From: Pocillopora verrucosa | Lineage: Eukaryota | Direction of reading: 5' to 3' | Assembly: GCF_036669915.1 (NCBI RefSeq) | Contig: NC_089313.1 | Location: 5,177,331-5,241,330, forward strand | DNA: 64,000 nucleotides | Shown here: positions 23,892-37,372 of the stretch, piece by piece | Numbering within the stretch: the stretch's first letter is position 1 | Layout of the letters: each line of letters begins with the position of its first letter | Position numbers and translations under genes: made by a program | The notes under the pieces: model-generated | Database searches by the model: none | The model's input: the letters and a program-made list of their open reading frames with translations, nothing else | Told to the model about the DNA's origin: nothing

Positions 23892-24251
23892 CATGACATG
23901 GATTTTGGCCTTTTTGAACTTGATGGGGAAGGAGACTGCCTCACACTTATTCAGCCCAAACAAGAAGCCACAGCAGCCCCAACCTGCTGTCAACTCAACA
24001 CCAACCCAGATGCAAAAGAGGAAGTCAGAACCACAGATGGCACAGTCCCAGAATCAAGCAGCAGTGACATAACAGTAGCAGACTTAGTTGGAATGGAATG
24101 CGAGTCTTTGGACTCTTTGGATGATCTCTGGAACCTGAAAGATTTCTCCAAGGAGTTCAAAGACCTAAATGCGGAACCTGAAATGTTAGGGTGTGAAATG
24201 TGGGAGGAGACCTTCACAGAAGTATTGTTCCCATCACTTTTGGTTGTCTGA
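23892..24251 (+). CDS. XBP1: XBP1 exon 4, XBP1s-frame C-terminal activation domain with stop
   Basis: Acceptor ttttcag|. Ends …CEMWEETFTEVLFPSLLVV*, matching human XBP1s …HSWEDTFANELFPQLISV*. It is in frame with exon 3 only after removing an intron whose length is 2 mod 3 (for example 26 nt). Confidence 0.85.
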   Translation, partial: HDMDFGLFELDGEGDCLTLIQPKQEATAAPTCCQLNTNPDAKEEVRTTDGTVPESSSSDITVADLVGMECESLDSLDDLWNLKDFSKEFKDLNAEPEMLGCEMWEETFTEVLFPSLLVV

Positions 24252-26024
24252 ACATGTTGTGTTAAGTCAGACTGTTGAGGAGTAGATAAGACAAATGTAA
24301 TCTGCACCCACTGTCAATAGATAATGAGCACTACATTATTCCAGTAAGCAGCACAATAACTAGCTGCTATTTAGGAAAGGAGTCAAGAGAAAGAATGTGC
24401 TGGCTCAGTAGGGTGGCCAAAAGCAAGGCCACTCAGCACCATGCTTAGTGCAGGTGAAGGTGAACGACAACTTATGTTGTGAGATGGTCAGTAATCATCA
24501 GACCATCAAAGACCATCCAGTTATAGAAAGAGCTACAGAATTCCTCTAAAACACCTTTCAACTCCTATTACAAGGACTAGTGGGTTTTTCTTAAGAGAAG
24601 AAATATTTCCTTTGTATTTACACTCACTAGTTAGAACATTTTTGTAGTTATCCAAGATGTTCAATTAATTACAAGAGTGGTCTTACAGTTGTAGGCAAAA
24701 TAATTTGTTATGACCTCTGTTATGAATAGATTTTTGTATATAAAATAAGAACACAATTCTGTGAAGGTTTCCTCATAGGTTACTATTACTGTTAAATAGT
24801 AGTAGTCTGGCACTAAGTCATTAAAAAAGAATTGGGTGACATTGGAGTTTTTCTGTTTCTCAGCCATAACAAAAGTTTTGGAATGATTTACCACAACCGT
24901 ACCCTTGATTAGGCACCACCCCTTAACTTAGGTAAGCATACAATAGAGAGACATCCCAAGTGAGCATTGCATTTCAAAATGCAAGTCATATCGACAAAAA
25001 AACAACCTTTAAAACTTATGATCCTCCAAAGTTTTTCAGTCTGTAACAGAAGTAGTTCCCTTCACCTCTACTTAATGTCTGGGGTCTGATCATGAAGGGG
25101 GGTAATGACATTGACATCTTTGCCAATGTGAAGGAAGCCAACATAAATTTCCACAACACTCAAAGTTGGAAATGCAAAACATTTCGTATCAAGCTAATGG
25201 CAATTTTATTCATTATTGTAAGAAATCAGTTGCATTATAAATTAATTCACTAAGGAATGTTATCACATCCAGAGAAAACAAAGTGCATCAAATGGAAATC
25301 TTTTCAAAAGGTTCTTGGCCACTTTACATTCGGTTTGTTAGATGATTCTTGTTTAACAGATTAACAGCACCCTTCATCTAAGCATTACCACATGCATCAG
25401 AATATTGGGAATTCATTGCACTGAGGAGCCTACAGGAAAACAACAGTTAAAAGGTGTGTGAAAGGTTGCCATAAGAGAGAATCTTACCAGACTGTCTTAT
25501 TGTGCAATTAAAGCACATAACCTCCTCTTTTTTTTACTTGAAAATAATTTGTGGCATGTTTAGTGTTTCAGAGTTAGAGCTACTGGATTCATAGTTCCAA
25601 GGTGTAAAACAAAGCCCAACTTTGACTTTGTAAAGGAACTACACACAAAGCAAGAAACATGTCAAATTAGAGCTGAATTTTTTTCAAGTTTGTCATTGGT
25701 AATTCAAGTCCATCTCCTGCATTTTTTTCCCTTAATTTTGTTTTAAGTGATTCCTCCAGTTTAAATCAAGTGTAAATCTTTTCAATGATGGAATTAGGCA
25801 TAATTATAGCAAGAAAAATTACTTTTAAAATTGCCAGTGCAATTGTTATTGGCTATTAATGGTATGCAAACTACAGTTATATTAATTTTTCTAAAACTAT
25901 GATAACAATTCTTGATCGCTACACTAATATTAAAGTATGAGATTGAAAATTTTAAATTAATTGCATTTGAAGCATTCAATTATGCAAACAATTAGGTTGC
26001 TACATGTCAGTCAATCATGATGCA

Positions 26025-26157
26025 TCAGAAGTCCTCGGAGGAGCCAGGCTGTTGAAGGGCACCAATCAAGCCTTGTGCTGTGCTGAACAAATTGATAGGT
26101 GAGCTACCATCTGTTATCAGAGTAGACTTCAGTCCCAATGACTGTAGAAGTTTCACC
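26025..26157 (-). CDS. MVP: MVP last exon ([43 protein letters not shown])
   Basis: Acceptor attgtag|. Human MVP: [32 protein letters not shown]. Confidence 0.85.
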
Positions 26158-26666
26158 TACAATGTAATGACCAGAAATCAGCCACTGACCCATTTCCCTT
26201 CCATTAAACTCAGGTTCATTTATCAAATAATTTTCAAACCCCTCTTTCCTCACTCCCAACAACATAAGGAAATAAACAAAGTGTAGTAAATATAGTAAAC
26301 AGAACCATAATCAAGGTTTATCACTTGTAGATTTTGGCAAAAACAAAGCACATTTCCACTGAGTCTTGTAAAATCAAAACAAAAGCAATGGTGTCAGGCA
26401 ATCAGGACAAATAATTAAAATCACCTGAAGCTGATGAGGAGAGAAAAGAACTAGAAGTTTAAGGAAATGATGTCAATCAGGTTTTCATTTTCCATCTAAT
26501 CAGTTGAGAGGATGATGTAAATTTCCAAGAACAATCACTCATCAAAAAGAAGACAACCCAATGCAACCCTTTTCTGGGAGATAATCTGCTTATCACAGCC
26601 CTGGATTATTTTTGATACTTAGTTGAAAACAAATCTGGAAAGCAACAAGTTACTGCAGCACATACC

Positions 26667-26863
26667 TGCATCTCTGGTCCAGCTGTAGCTATTGCCTGAA
26701 TTGTATCAGAACCAATGGATGAAACCATGTTTTTGAATTTGTCAGTTTCGATGCTGGACATTTCTTTGGCCTTGGTGACATCTAAAGTATTCTGTTCATG
26801 CTGGTACTTCAACTCGGCCTCTCGAGTTTTACTCAGACGCTGTAGTTCTGATTCCTTAAAGAG
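26667..26863 (-). CDS. MVP: MVP exon (C-terminal coiled coil, …FKNMVSSIGSDTIQAIATAGPEMQ)
   Basis: Part of the ORF 26606..26968. Acceptor ctttaag|, donor gcag|gtatgt. Human: [26 protein letters not shown]. Confidence 0.85.
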
Positions 26864-27044
26864 GTTGTTGTAATAAGACAAAACATGAACATACATAATA
26901 ATGGTACATACATTTAGCAAGATCATTGCAGTTCTGATAACAACAGCCTGCTCACAGGCTTTTTCCAAGGAAGATTTCTTTTCTCCAAGGAAAACAATTA
27001 CTATGGCATGAGAAAGTACCAGGATAGGAAAATGCTTACAGCCT

Positions 27045-27287
27045 CAATCTTTGCTGCCTCTGCCTTCAACTTTGCCTGCTGAACTGCAGCCTCCCCTTCA
27101 ATGCGAGCTGCCTCTGCTCGTGACTGAGCTTCAGCTTTGGCTTGTCCTGTTGACTCCACTGCAGCACTTTGGGCTTGGAGTTCTAACAGGTCCTTCCTGG
27201 CACGTTCTGCTTCAGCCTCATCTGTGATCTTCTGTCTCTCCAGGCGACCTTTGGCTTCTTGTTCAAGTCTCTCTGCTTCATGCCTAA
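27045..27287 (-). CDS. MVP: MVP exon ([19 protein letters not shown]…[12 protein letters not shown])
   Basis: ORF 27001..27342. Human: [80 protein letters not shown]. Confidence 0.9.
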
Positions 27288-27349
27288 AACAAACACAATA
27301 ATCCATCAGATCATTGCTGTCTCGCAACAGGTTCATGTTCATAACTCTT

Positions 27350-27520
27350 TACACCCTAGCACCAGTATGCTTCTTCTCCATACTGTTCTCTATACATTTA
27401 TTAAGGCACTGATAAGTGCTTCTTTAGTTGGTGATCATTTCCTTATTTCTCGTGACTTAACTGTTTGATTCAAGGGTGACATTGTGAGGAGAAATTAGAT
27501 GCTAATCACTCTTAGGGGTC
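27350..27520 (+). mobile_element. MITE subfamily B, related to A (shared TAACCCTTTAA…ttctcc…acaat terminus), one of many copies
   Basis: Core …ctgataagtgcttctttagttggtgatcatttccttatttctcgtgac…gtgaggagaaattagatgctaatcactcttaggggt… recurs at about 8090-8280, 18290-18500, 29560-29700, 30380-30560, 32230-32460, 44830-45010, 46030-46210 (rev), 58390-58610 and 17520-17630. Confidence 0.7.
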
Positions 27521-27669
27521 CAAATGCTAAATTTGCCTTTACTAAGATTACTCCACGTCTTTGTATTTTGATTATTTTCTTTGTGTGAAAATGATAAATG
27601 ATATGCTAAAACCAAGGCATATGTCCCTTAAATACTTCTGCAGTCTGCACAACACAACAGTTCTGCTCA

Positions 27670-27850
27670 AATGAATAAAGGGGGTAAATTTCTAAAGAAA
27701 CTGTGGTGCTGAACTGGTGGGAGAGTACAACAGGACAATTAAGTTTTATCAACTGAGTTGAAAATGTAAATGGGCCACTGTAAAGAGTTTTAAAGCTGAC
27801 ATTGCCAGTGGTAGCCCTTTTGTCAGAGCCACAGGGTTTGTATGTTTACA
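27670..27850 (+). mobile_element. MITE/SINE family C (aaagggggtaRRtttctMaagaaactgtggtgct…ttatcaactSagttgata…), one of 6 or more copies
   Basis: Copies at about 10080-10300, 15400-15560, 27670-27850, 33120-33340, 35180-35400 (rev) and 53560-53760 (rev). They have inverted termini (…gataaaacNaaattatc…). Confidence 0.6.
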
Positions 27851-28033
27851 TGCAGAAAATGAAGTTATGGTATTGGTGTAAATAGGTGACAGGAAAAGAA
27901 TAAATCAGTTGAATGAAAAGTGCTTGTTGATACCAAGGGAATTAAGAGTGCCGTTTGAAAGATAAATTTTTTCCTTAGGCTAGAGGTTAATGGCTTTAGT
28001 TCCGTTCAAAGCTTCAAGCTAATGACCCATACC

Positions 28034-28248
28034 TTGCTGTGGCTTCCTGAGAGTTGGTTGTTATCTCAATGGCCAACTGAACAGACTTCTGCAAAGCATC
28101 TCGTGTGCGTTGATCGACTGGCTCCACTGATTGGATGTCAATACTAGTGATGTTTAGATTATTGGCTGGGAAAGTAAACTTATTTCGGATTTTGTGGTTG
28201 TCATCTATGCCAAACACTGAAGTGCGAATTATCTTTGCTGAGTTCTGC
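28034..28248 (-). CDS. MVP: MVP exon (…[37 protein letters not shown])
   Basis: ORF 28014..28217 plus upstream extension. Human: [38 protein letters not shown]. Confidence 0.88.
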
Positions 28249-28713
28249 AGGGGAAATTGATTTTAGCAAATATTTTAGTTATCCCCTCAAGAACCTAAGC
28301 TTTAATTTTGCCACCTTTTTTGAGGGGGGTGGCAGCTGATTTAAAAGCAAGTTTGTCAATCAACTCCTTTAAAATTCAACATTGTAAATAGTGGGTAACA
28401 TATCCTTTTTCAAATTTTTTTAAAGCAAAATTAAGAAAAAATTTAACTCAGTCTGTCACCCTTAATAGCAACAAATAATATCCAGTGAAACTGAAATAAA
28501 AACAGAATCTACTTATTACTTTCTGTGTTCAACAGAAAGGATCTGGTTTAGCTTCTAAATCTTTTTTTTGGCCTAAAATGTCTTGATCTTGCTTAAAGTA
28601 GACATCAGATCTTTTTTACAATTTCAAAAACTTTGGTGACTGTCTCCCCAAAAAATATATAATCAATGCAGTTTAGCTCGCACCAACTAAGCTTAATTTG
28701 CTTAATATCTGCA

Positions 28714-28852
28714 CCTTGTGAAAGTCATCAAACTGGACACCCGCTACTGCACCACGGATTCTTGAAGCAATTGCTTTGCATGCATCTCCAACAAAGTCAG
28801 GAACTGAAAACAACTTGGCTGCATCTTTTGCCTTCCTCTCTCCAGCATCAAA
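28714..28852 (-). CDS. MVP: MVP exon ([47 protein letters not shown]), approx.
   Basis: Human: …[34 protein letters not shown]. Confidence 0.8.
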
Positions 28853-29235
28853 ATGCCTGTTAAGTAAGGTTAACGTATGGCCATTGCATGATTTTCTTTT
28901 TCAGAACTGAATGATCTATGTCAGTCAATAAATAGTCAGTATTTAGTTGATTTATTATAGTCATGAATAATCACCAAAAAGTATAATGAAAGGGCTCAAG
29001 TCTGGACCTTTTGATTCAGGATCCAGTGCATTATATACATAACTAGGCCAACATGACTCTCCCTCAGAATAAAAATCAAAACAAGGTTGAATGACATTGG
29101 AAATTTAAGTGACATTGTGCTGCTATAATTTTTAAAAGCCTTCACCTATAAAGATCTAAGACCCATCACAAAGTTAAACTAATGACTGTCAACAATCTAT
29201 CATAAGAAAAGTAAAATTCCAATTACCAGTTGTAA

Positions 29236-29414
29236 GAAAGCTGTAGCTGCAGTCTTGCATGGTCAGCAGTCTCCACAGTGATGATATCAGTACAGAAGTC
29301 TGGGCCAAGGAGAAGACACAATGCCTTAATAACATTGGGTTTCTTTGGTTTTCCACCTGACAGACTGAGCTGAGTAAATTGTTCATCTGGGCACAACATA
29401 ACCAACTCAGGACC
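29236..29414 (-). CDS. MVP: MVP exon ([66 protein letters not shown]), approx.
   Basis: ORF 29223..29441. Human: [66 protein letters not shown]. Confidence 0.88.
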
Positions 29415-30176
29415 AAACACAACCCTGTGGAGAGGTACCAAAACTATCAGGACTTAAAATGCTACTCAAGTCTGTAATGTGTCACAGAGTTAGAAGAATT
29501 TTCCATGGGGAGGGGTGGGAGAGTTTCCTGCCATACATTACCATACACCTGTATATTTAAAGTAAGGTTAAGCTGCATCCTATAGCCTAACCCTTTAATT
29601 CCTTTAAGTGACCAAAGCAGAATTTCTCCTCACAATTTCGATACAATATCATGCAGACAATACATGAGAATAAAGGAAAATATCAATTAGGGGATTATCA
29701 GTTGATCCAATACCAAATCATCCAAACTCACAACATAAGAATTGTCTAGCAGACAATAAAGAGAGTTACCTTGGGAATGAAAGAATAAACCCTTTCAACA
29801 CCCTCAAGATCTAAATATTGGTAAGTCCTCCACCTTCTATTAACTTCCATAAATTAGATCTCTGGAAATGTCTAAGTTTGGAAATTGTTTTGTTAACAAG
29901 GAAGATAGTTTCCTAGATTATATTTTTCTTTATTTTCATCACCTTCCTGCATGTGCTTAAAAATATCTTGATACTGGGAGAAGAAATTACATAATATATT
30001 AACTCCTGAAAGCAATAAGATTTAAGAGCACCTGTGAGTTCTGGTTTGCTAATAACAGGAATTCAAACACAATTCTGCCACAGATTTCCAACATAATTAC
30101 ATGAAACTCAAGTTAATTAGTCTAATGAAGTTCCTAGATAAACTACATGTATGATGTTCACCCTTGCATATTACCT

Positions 30177-30289
30177 GGCAGTCTTCTCTTTATAATCATA
30201 AATCTGTACTGCTGCATTATGAGGGACTCTAAAAGTCACTACTCTGGTTTTATTCCTACCAGTGCTGCTTTTTGGCTCTCTTTGTGCTG
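30177..30289 (-). CDS. MVP: MVP exon (…[29 protein letters not shown]), approx.
   Basis: Human: [29 protein letters not shown]. Confidence 0.85.
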
Positions 30290-31175
30290 CAAGTCAAAAA
30301 ATGATTAAAATTGTTATATAGTTGTTAAATTTTAAGACAAAAAAAATTGAAGTAAATTATGACTTAATTTTAAAACCCTATTCTCCATACTGTTCTCTAT
30401 ACATTAACAAAGGTGCTGACAAGGAGAATTTGTTTAACAATCAGGGGCCTCTTTTCAAGACTGGTTATCATTTTCTTTATTCTCGTGACCCTAATGTGTG
30501 ATTCAGGGGTGATATTGTAAGGAGAAATTAGATGTTAGTCACTCTTAGGGTTCAGAGGGTTAATGTTGAATAATGTTAATGGTTAGTACTGATTTCAAGC
30601 ATCGCTAAAATGGCAGGAATGTTAGATTTTTAAAAGAGTGCATAACTTAAACATGAATACTCTTCCAACTATCATAAAAATCAGCTTTCTATCAAGGGCT
30701 TTTAGTAATGACCGAGCTGAAAGCATTGCTGTTTGTTCACCTCTTTGTCCAGGCCTTCTTGATGAAGTTTGATTTAGTTCCATCTTGGAACTTTCATCCC
30801 AGTGGGTGGAAAGAGACTGATAACCTAGAGAGATTTTAGAACACGATTTACCCTAGCCTTTTCTGAAGTATGTCCAGAAATGCATGCAGTAACAAAAAAA
30901 TAGCAAAAAATTCATCAAAATCATCAAATCCACCCAGCTGATTTCCCTTTTGATGAATTTGACTTAAATTACTCAAAATTGTCAAATCTGCCACGCTGAT
31001 TGCACATATACTATAATATTAGTTTAGTAATTAGGAATTATTATGATCATAGATTTGAAACAATTATAGTACCAAAGAAAATGTATAGAGGAAAGTATAG
31101 AGTATATGGATACTGATAAAAATACAGATAAAATGTGCGAGGCCCCAGTCACCCTTAAAAAGGCCTTACTCAATT

Positions 31176-31478
31176 CAGGTGGTAAAAATGTATTCCTTGT
31201 GCCACGGTCAGCCAGTGGATCCTTCCCCCCAGTAAGAAGTTGCTCAACTGTCGGAGGCAGATCTTTCTCCCAGAGTTCTTCATCATGGGTCAACATGTAG
31301 GTTTGACCACACACAGCTCTCACCCGTCCAGTCTTGATATCCCTCACATAGATTCCTTCATTTTCATCCAGAGGAATAGCTTTCCGTCGTGCAACAACTT
31401 CTACCTCTACTGGTGGAACATATTCACTGGGTCCACGGATCATCCAGCGATCACCAGGCCGTCTTGGTATCTCTTTCT
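31176..31478 (-). CDS. MVP: MVP exon (…[43 protein letters not shown]…[13 protein letters not shown]…), approx.
   Basis: ORF 31024..31443. Confidence 0.8.
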
Positions 31479-34400
31479 ACACAAAAATTAAAAAATACTT
31501 ATTAAAAGCTTACTGAGATGAATGTACATTTCCTGAATTTCCTTGAATAAGCAACAATACTCTTAAAAGTGCCCTCTCTTGGAAAGCGCTTATCCCCTAA
31601 GCCATAATATCAAATAAATGCCCTCTTGAATAGATACGCCCCCTTTTCTCCTTCTCTTACTTTGTCTATTAGAGGGGATACAAGGAAAAACTGTTTCTAT
31701 TGTCACTTAATTTGAAACTTTTTTTAAGCTTCAACCACAGCAGAATCAGTGTAGGTTAATAGTTTAATTCTTAAAAAGTGCTCCATGATTAAGTGCCCTC
31801 CTTCCAATAAGCACCCCTCCTTTTAGCCAGACACTTATCCGAGGAAATAAAGTAATTCCATTTTATCAAAGACCCACCATGCCACAAGAAGGCAAGGAAG
31901 AGGATGGACCCCCATGATGAGATTTATCTCTTGAAATATTTTGAACCTACATCTTCCTCATGATGGAGTAATCAAGCTTGTGTATATATGTCCCAAATGA
32001 AAACATCTATGATATGTCACTATTTTCAACTGTAAAAAACTGTAAGAGGTAAAGTCTGCATTCCAGCCAAGTACCCAATCCAGGTTACCCTTTTTCCATT
32101 ACAAATCGCTGGTACCCATTTATACTCCTGGGTGGAGAGCGAGGCACTGTGAAAGTAAAGTGTTTTGCCCAAGAACACAACACATTATGACCTCAATATG
32201 TCTACCCCCAGACTTCTCAAACTAGGACTTAGAGCATCTCTACTCTTAACCCTTTAACTCCCAGACCAAATTTGTAATTCTCCTAAATGTCAACCATACA
32301 ATTCTTATAATGTTAGTTCAGAGAAGTTAGTATTGGATCAACTTATCATCCCCAAATTGATATTTTTCTGTATTCTCATCGCTTGTCTGGTTGACATTGT
32401 ATTGATATTGTAAGGAGAAATTCTGTCTTGGTCACTCATGGGAGTTAAAGGGTTAACTGTTAAAGTTACCATTTATCCTGGAAAAAAGTTCTGTTGTATT
32501 TGTTTATTTACCTCCTTTTCATTAGCATCAAGAAAGGCCTCATTTGCTTTCAGAATCAGCCCCTCATCCTCACCAAGAATAAACACATCTTGGATACCTT
32601 GCTCAAGCTTTTCACCAGGCAACAGGAAGAATGACTTCTCTCCCTGAAAGACAGGAACAAATTCAAGTTATCTTTTAGTAATCTCAATATAATGAAATAA
32701 ATAATATTTTAATGTGCGGGCGACATATACATTATGAACATGATAAGATGATCCTTGCAGGTGTCCTGCACTTTATTTAATTTAATCACCAGTTCCATGC
32801 CATTCCCATTTTAACTTGGTAAGCTTGTTCAGAACCAAGATTTTGAATTATTTTGTTCATCGGAAAAAGTTTTGATTTTCCTTTTACATTCAATCCACAT
32901 TGGAGTGAAATTGTCTTCACGTCATCAGCTTTCTTTAGCATCTTTAAGGACATATCTATCCTTGAAGGAATATGCTGAAGAGATTGAAGAATGAGTTTGC
33001 ACTTGTTCTGCATGTCTTAAGTGACCTTATAACTTGCAAACTTGTAAAATAAGTTTTTCTGTGTATTTTATTTTGCTCTTTGTATAGTCACCTTGTGTTC
33101 AAAGGTGCAATTCATATCATAAAGGGGGTAGGTTTCTCAAGAAACTGTGGTGCTGTGTCAGTGAGAAAGTGTATCAGGGTAATTTAGTATTATCCGCTGA
33201 GTTGATAATGTAAATTGGCCACCATAAAGAGTGAAAAGCGAAGGGCTATAATGCTTGAAACATCAGCTTTTAAACTCTTTATAGTGGTCAGTTTAAGTTA
33301 TCAACTCAGTTGATAAAACAAATAAAATTATCCAATTCATATCATACTCCTTAAAAAAGGTTGTTTTATCGATTGACAAGTAGGTACCAGTACCTTCACT
33401 AGCCTCTTTTGTCCCAACTGGGGCCTCCCATCTTTATCAACAGGATCTAGAATGACACAGTACTGCCTGTTGTTTAGTGTTGTGATATCAACAACTCCTA
33501 CAACCTACAAGATGGAACAGGTAAGATTTGATGTATTAAATTGTAATTGTTTTACTCAAACTGTTACCAGTTAATGCATCAATAAACTACAGGGTTGGCA
33601 TAATTCTCCTCATCATCTATGGCTGCCTTCATATTCTGGATGATCAATTGAATAATATTACCTCTTCATAGACATTTGGAATATGTGCCTCTGTGTCTGC
33701 CATGGTAATTAACCACTCCTCCCCATTCTTTCGTAAAACACCTGTATCATCTTTGAATGTGCGTGTGGATTGCAGATGTAAAGCTTTCTATAATATGAAA
33801 AAATAAAAGAGGCTCAAAAGAGGCACTAGAATAATGGAATATTGACAATTCATGAGGCATTTTTCATGGATCCTCTAAAGTACTGGCTAATGCCATAGAT
33901 TTACATATGGTGTTTGAACATATTTTGCAGCACATAACCCTAATTAACTCCCAAGATGTGATTGTTTATTCTCCCCTCTAGCTGCACACTCATTTCCTTG
34001 TAAATAAGTTCAATAATTTGGCATTAGATCAAGATAACAACTCCTACCCGATAAGTTTGAGTATTCTTGTTACCTGTTTTCTGAATAATGTACAGATATT
34101 AAAGGGAGAAGTTACTTGTTGGTCACTTCTGGGAGTTTAAGGGTAAGCTTAAGGGTTGTTTAGTTCTTAACCAAAGTACAGATGCAAAGGTTGGAGAAAA
34201 TTTTTTACTTTAACTACATACCATAATTGTAGTTTACCATTATTGATTAGCATTCAAATGAGCCAGGGAAAGCTTAAACTTTGCTTTCTTTTGACTGGTC
34301 TTCACATCAGAAAGTTAACTCCACTGATTCTACAAACACCTATGGCTAAGGTGTAACTCCTTAAAAGTTCATCTTCTCACTCCCTTATTCTTAATCTTCA

Positions 34401-34709
34401 AAGAATGCAGTCAGATGACCAAAGATTTTGAAGAACTGTCACAAACATTTCCTTTCTCCATGCACAGCACAGAGGGCCTACGCTAGTACTTCTTAGTCTT
34501 TTTAAACTCTTCACTTAGAAACAACTTCAAAGAACACTCAGAAAAAAATTAAAAACTCACTTAAAGTCAAACAAAGAATTTTAAAAAAATATTTTATAAA
34601 ATAATTCAAATAGTACGCACGCTCTGATTGGCCATAAAACCATTTTACATGAGCGTATATAAACACGGTTTTCATTCCTCTTTCATTAGTTATTTTATAA
34701 AAGAAAAGT

Positions 34710-34858
34710 AAAATGGTTTCCATGTTTACATAGCCTGATGTAAACACGCGGGAGGTTGGGAGAACACTCGATAAGATACAAGATAAGATACGCTTATCTC
34801 GTGTTCTCCCAACCTCCCGCGTGTTTACATCAGGCTATGTAAACACGGAAACCATTTT
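34710..34858. repeat. Near-perfect inverted repeat (about 66-bp arms, 17-nt loop), a long hairpin, in an MVP intron
   Basis: Left arm aaaatggtttccatgtttacatagcctgatgtaaacacgcgggaggttgggagaacactcgataag. The right arm is its reverse complement with 3 mismatches. A partial third copy lies at 34636-34680. Confidence 0.8.
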
Positions 34859-36308
34859 ACATTTCTTCAATAGCATCTAGTTCCTACCCAATCAAATTCC
34901 ATGAAGTAGTTGTCCTCTGCACTATATATCTATCTTTCTTTGTCAATCAAATATGATATGTTTTTAATACATTCTTGCACCCACCTTCTCAGTCAATACA
35001 TAGGCATTTACAACATCAACCACTTCCTCATAAGCACCAGGAAGATAAGCACCAATCTTTTGAACAAGCCACTCTTCCCCAGCAACACGCAAGTTATCAT
35101 CACGATCCTGTTTGAAGATTAATTTTCAAATAATGAGAAAAAGAAGAAGTAAGATGAGGTTGCAAATTTACCTCAAAACTGTCCTTTACTTTTAAGGTAA
35201 TTTAGTATTATCAACTGTGTTCATTCTGTAAACTGACCACCATAATGAGTTTTAGAGCTGTATGTTGTTTCAAGCATTAGCCCTTCATCTTTCATTCTAA
35301 CAGAGGGTTAACACTGGCCAATTTAGTGATCAACTCAGTTGATAATAATGAATTACCTTGTTGTATTCTCCTACTGATGTAGAACCACAGTTTCCTGTGA
35401 CACTTATCCCCTTTATTCTGGATTAAGTCTCACTTCCTTTGATAAAAGGTAACAAATTAAGAATCTGGATGTTTCAAACAGAACCACCAATCTGTCTCTA
35501 GTTCAGTTTGGTCCTTGCATGTACATGTACCAAATATTATTATTCCTATACATGATAAATTAAAAAATTCCTGTCTTTAACGTCCTTACTTTAGTTTCTT
35601 TTCTTGCCCTCAGTCTGATGGCTTGGTTTGGCTGGATAATGGTGGCAAGGATGTTTTCTACCACTTCAACCTCTTTCTTTGGTATATATGTACCTGTAGA
35701 AAATATTAATAATTGTTTTTATCTAAGATTGTACTGATTAATTAAGAATTACTCATTTCTATATGCCACATCTACTACAATGCAATGAATTTCCCCAAAG
35801 ATCACTACTACAGTTGAGTAGAAAAGCATGAAACTAATTCAACAAGCTATCTAGCTGATATCATATATGATTCACCACATTCTCAGTTTCAAGTTCACAA
35901 TTCTCTTGAAGGATACCCCCTTATTACAGGAAAAGTTAGACAGCAAAATGCTCAGAAACATATAAGTATAACCTAAAAATTAAAACTAAATAATTATCAT
36001 GTTATAATTAAAAAAGAATGGCTCTCTTGAGACCCTTGCTTGATAGATTAACCTGTTAGTTCTCATTTAGATCCAACTAGTATTTCTTCCTACTGACTGT
36101 CACAGAGTTTCTTAAAATTAGACAGGAGAATGTGTATTATATCGAGTGATCAAAAGAAGAAGTTACAAGCTAATCAATACTGAAGATTAAAGACCTTAAA
36201 GGCTCTTTCAGCAAGGGTTTTTATATCACTGTACACTTTTAGCATAGCTTATCATTATAAATCATACTATTTCCTCTCAATAAGATATGAATCAACATGA
36301 GTATTACC

Positions 36309-36486
36309 TGGCCCTTCAAACAACCACTCATCCCCAGCCACTCTCTTCTCTCCTGATTCAGACTCATAGTCCAGCATTGCACGGAGTCGTATGGCAGAGT
36401 TAGCCATAACCACCCTTAGACCAGTAACACCTTGCTTCAAAACTTCACCAGGATACAAAGGGAATGGGTCTTGAGCAAGACGAATA
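36309..36486 (-). CDS. MVP: MVP exon 3 ([60 protein letters not shown]), approx.
   Basis: ORF 36267..36458 plus the acceptor ttttag|. Typical MVP repeat region. Confidence 0.8.
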
Positions 36487-37372
36487 TCCTAAAATACATG
36501 GCAAATTGTATATTTCATCATCCACCACAGGGTCCTTAGTTTTGATCACTCCTCTCCTCCCTTCCCTATTTTCTTTTCCCTAATTTTCCCTTCCCTCTTC
36601 CGCTGTCCAAAATTTAATTCTCAGGTTTTTTTTCAAACCTCCAGTCTTCTGGAATATTTGCTATGAACAACCACTGATTGGTTATTTTTTCTGGAGTACG
36701 GGTCTGTTATCAACTTGTTACAACCTTACATCCAAGACCAAGCAAAGAAAGCTGTATTTTGATATTTTCTAAAATGCTTGTTTAAAGTATCAAAATGCTG
36801 TGTGTTTATTTTTTCTTCAAACAAAGTCCATACTTGTCTTAATTTACACATAACATTCAGAACATAACAGTATTGTCTTAAATAAGCATTTTTATGTAGA
36901 CCATATGGCTGACATATCTTTCTAAAAGCAAGGTTAATTGAGCATTCCTCTAATAAATGAAACATTAACAACCTTTCAGACAAGCTTGAATATTCTCACC
37001 ACAGTGAATGCAAGAAATACACTCATTGACCAATATTAATCTTAAATTCTACTGTTTGCCTTATAATAACATCAGATTTTGCATTCCTCCCTTAACCTTT
37101 CAACTCCAAAGTCTGATTTTTGATGCTCTCCTCTTGTTGCTAATCATTTCCTAATAACTTATTTATTAGAATTTGGTGTTAGATCGAGATAACAACTTCT
37201 ATCAGATAAGTTTGAGTATTCTTGTCACCTGTTTGCTGTATAATTTATGAATATTATTGGGAGAAGTTACGTGTTAATCACTTCTGGGAGTTAAAGGAAT
37301 AATTCACTTTCAAAAATTGGTTTTATGTTGAATTAACAGCACTATGTAAAACTGCTATGTTACCTGATCGGC

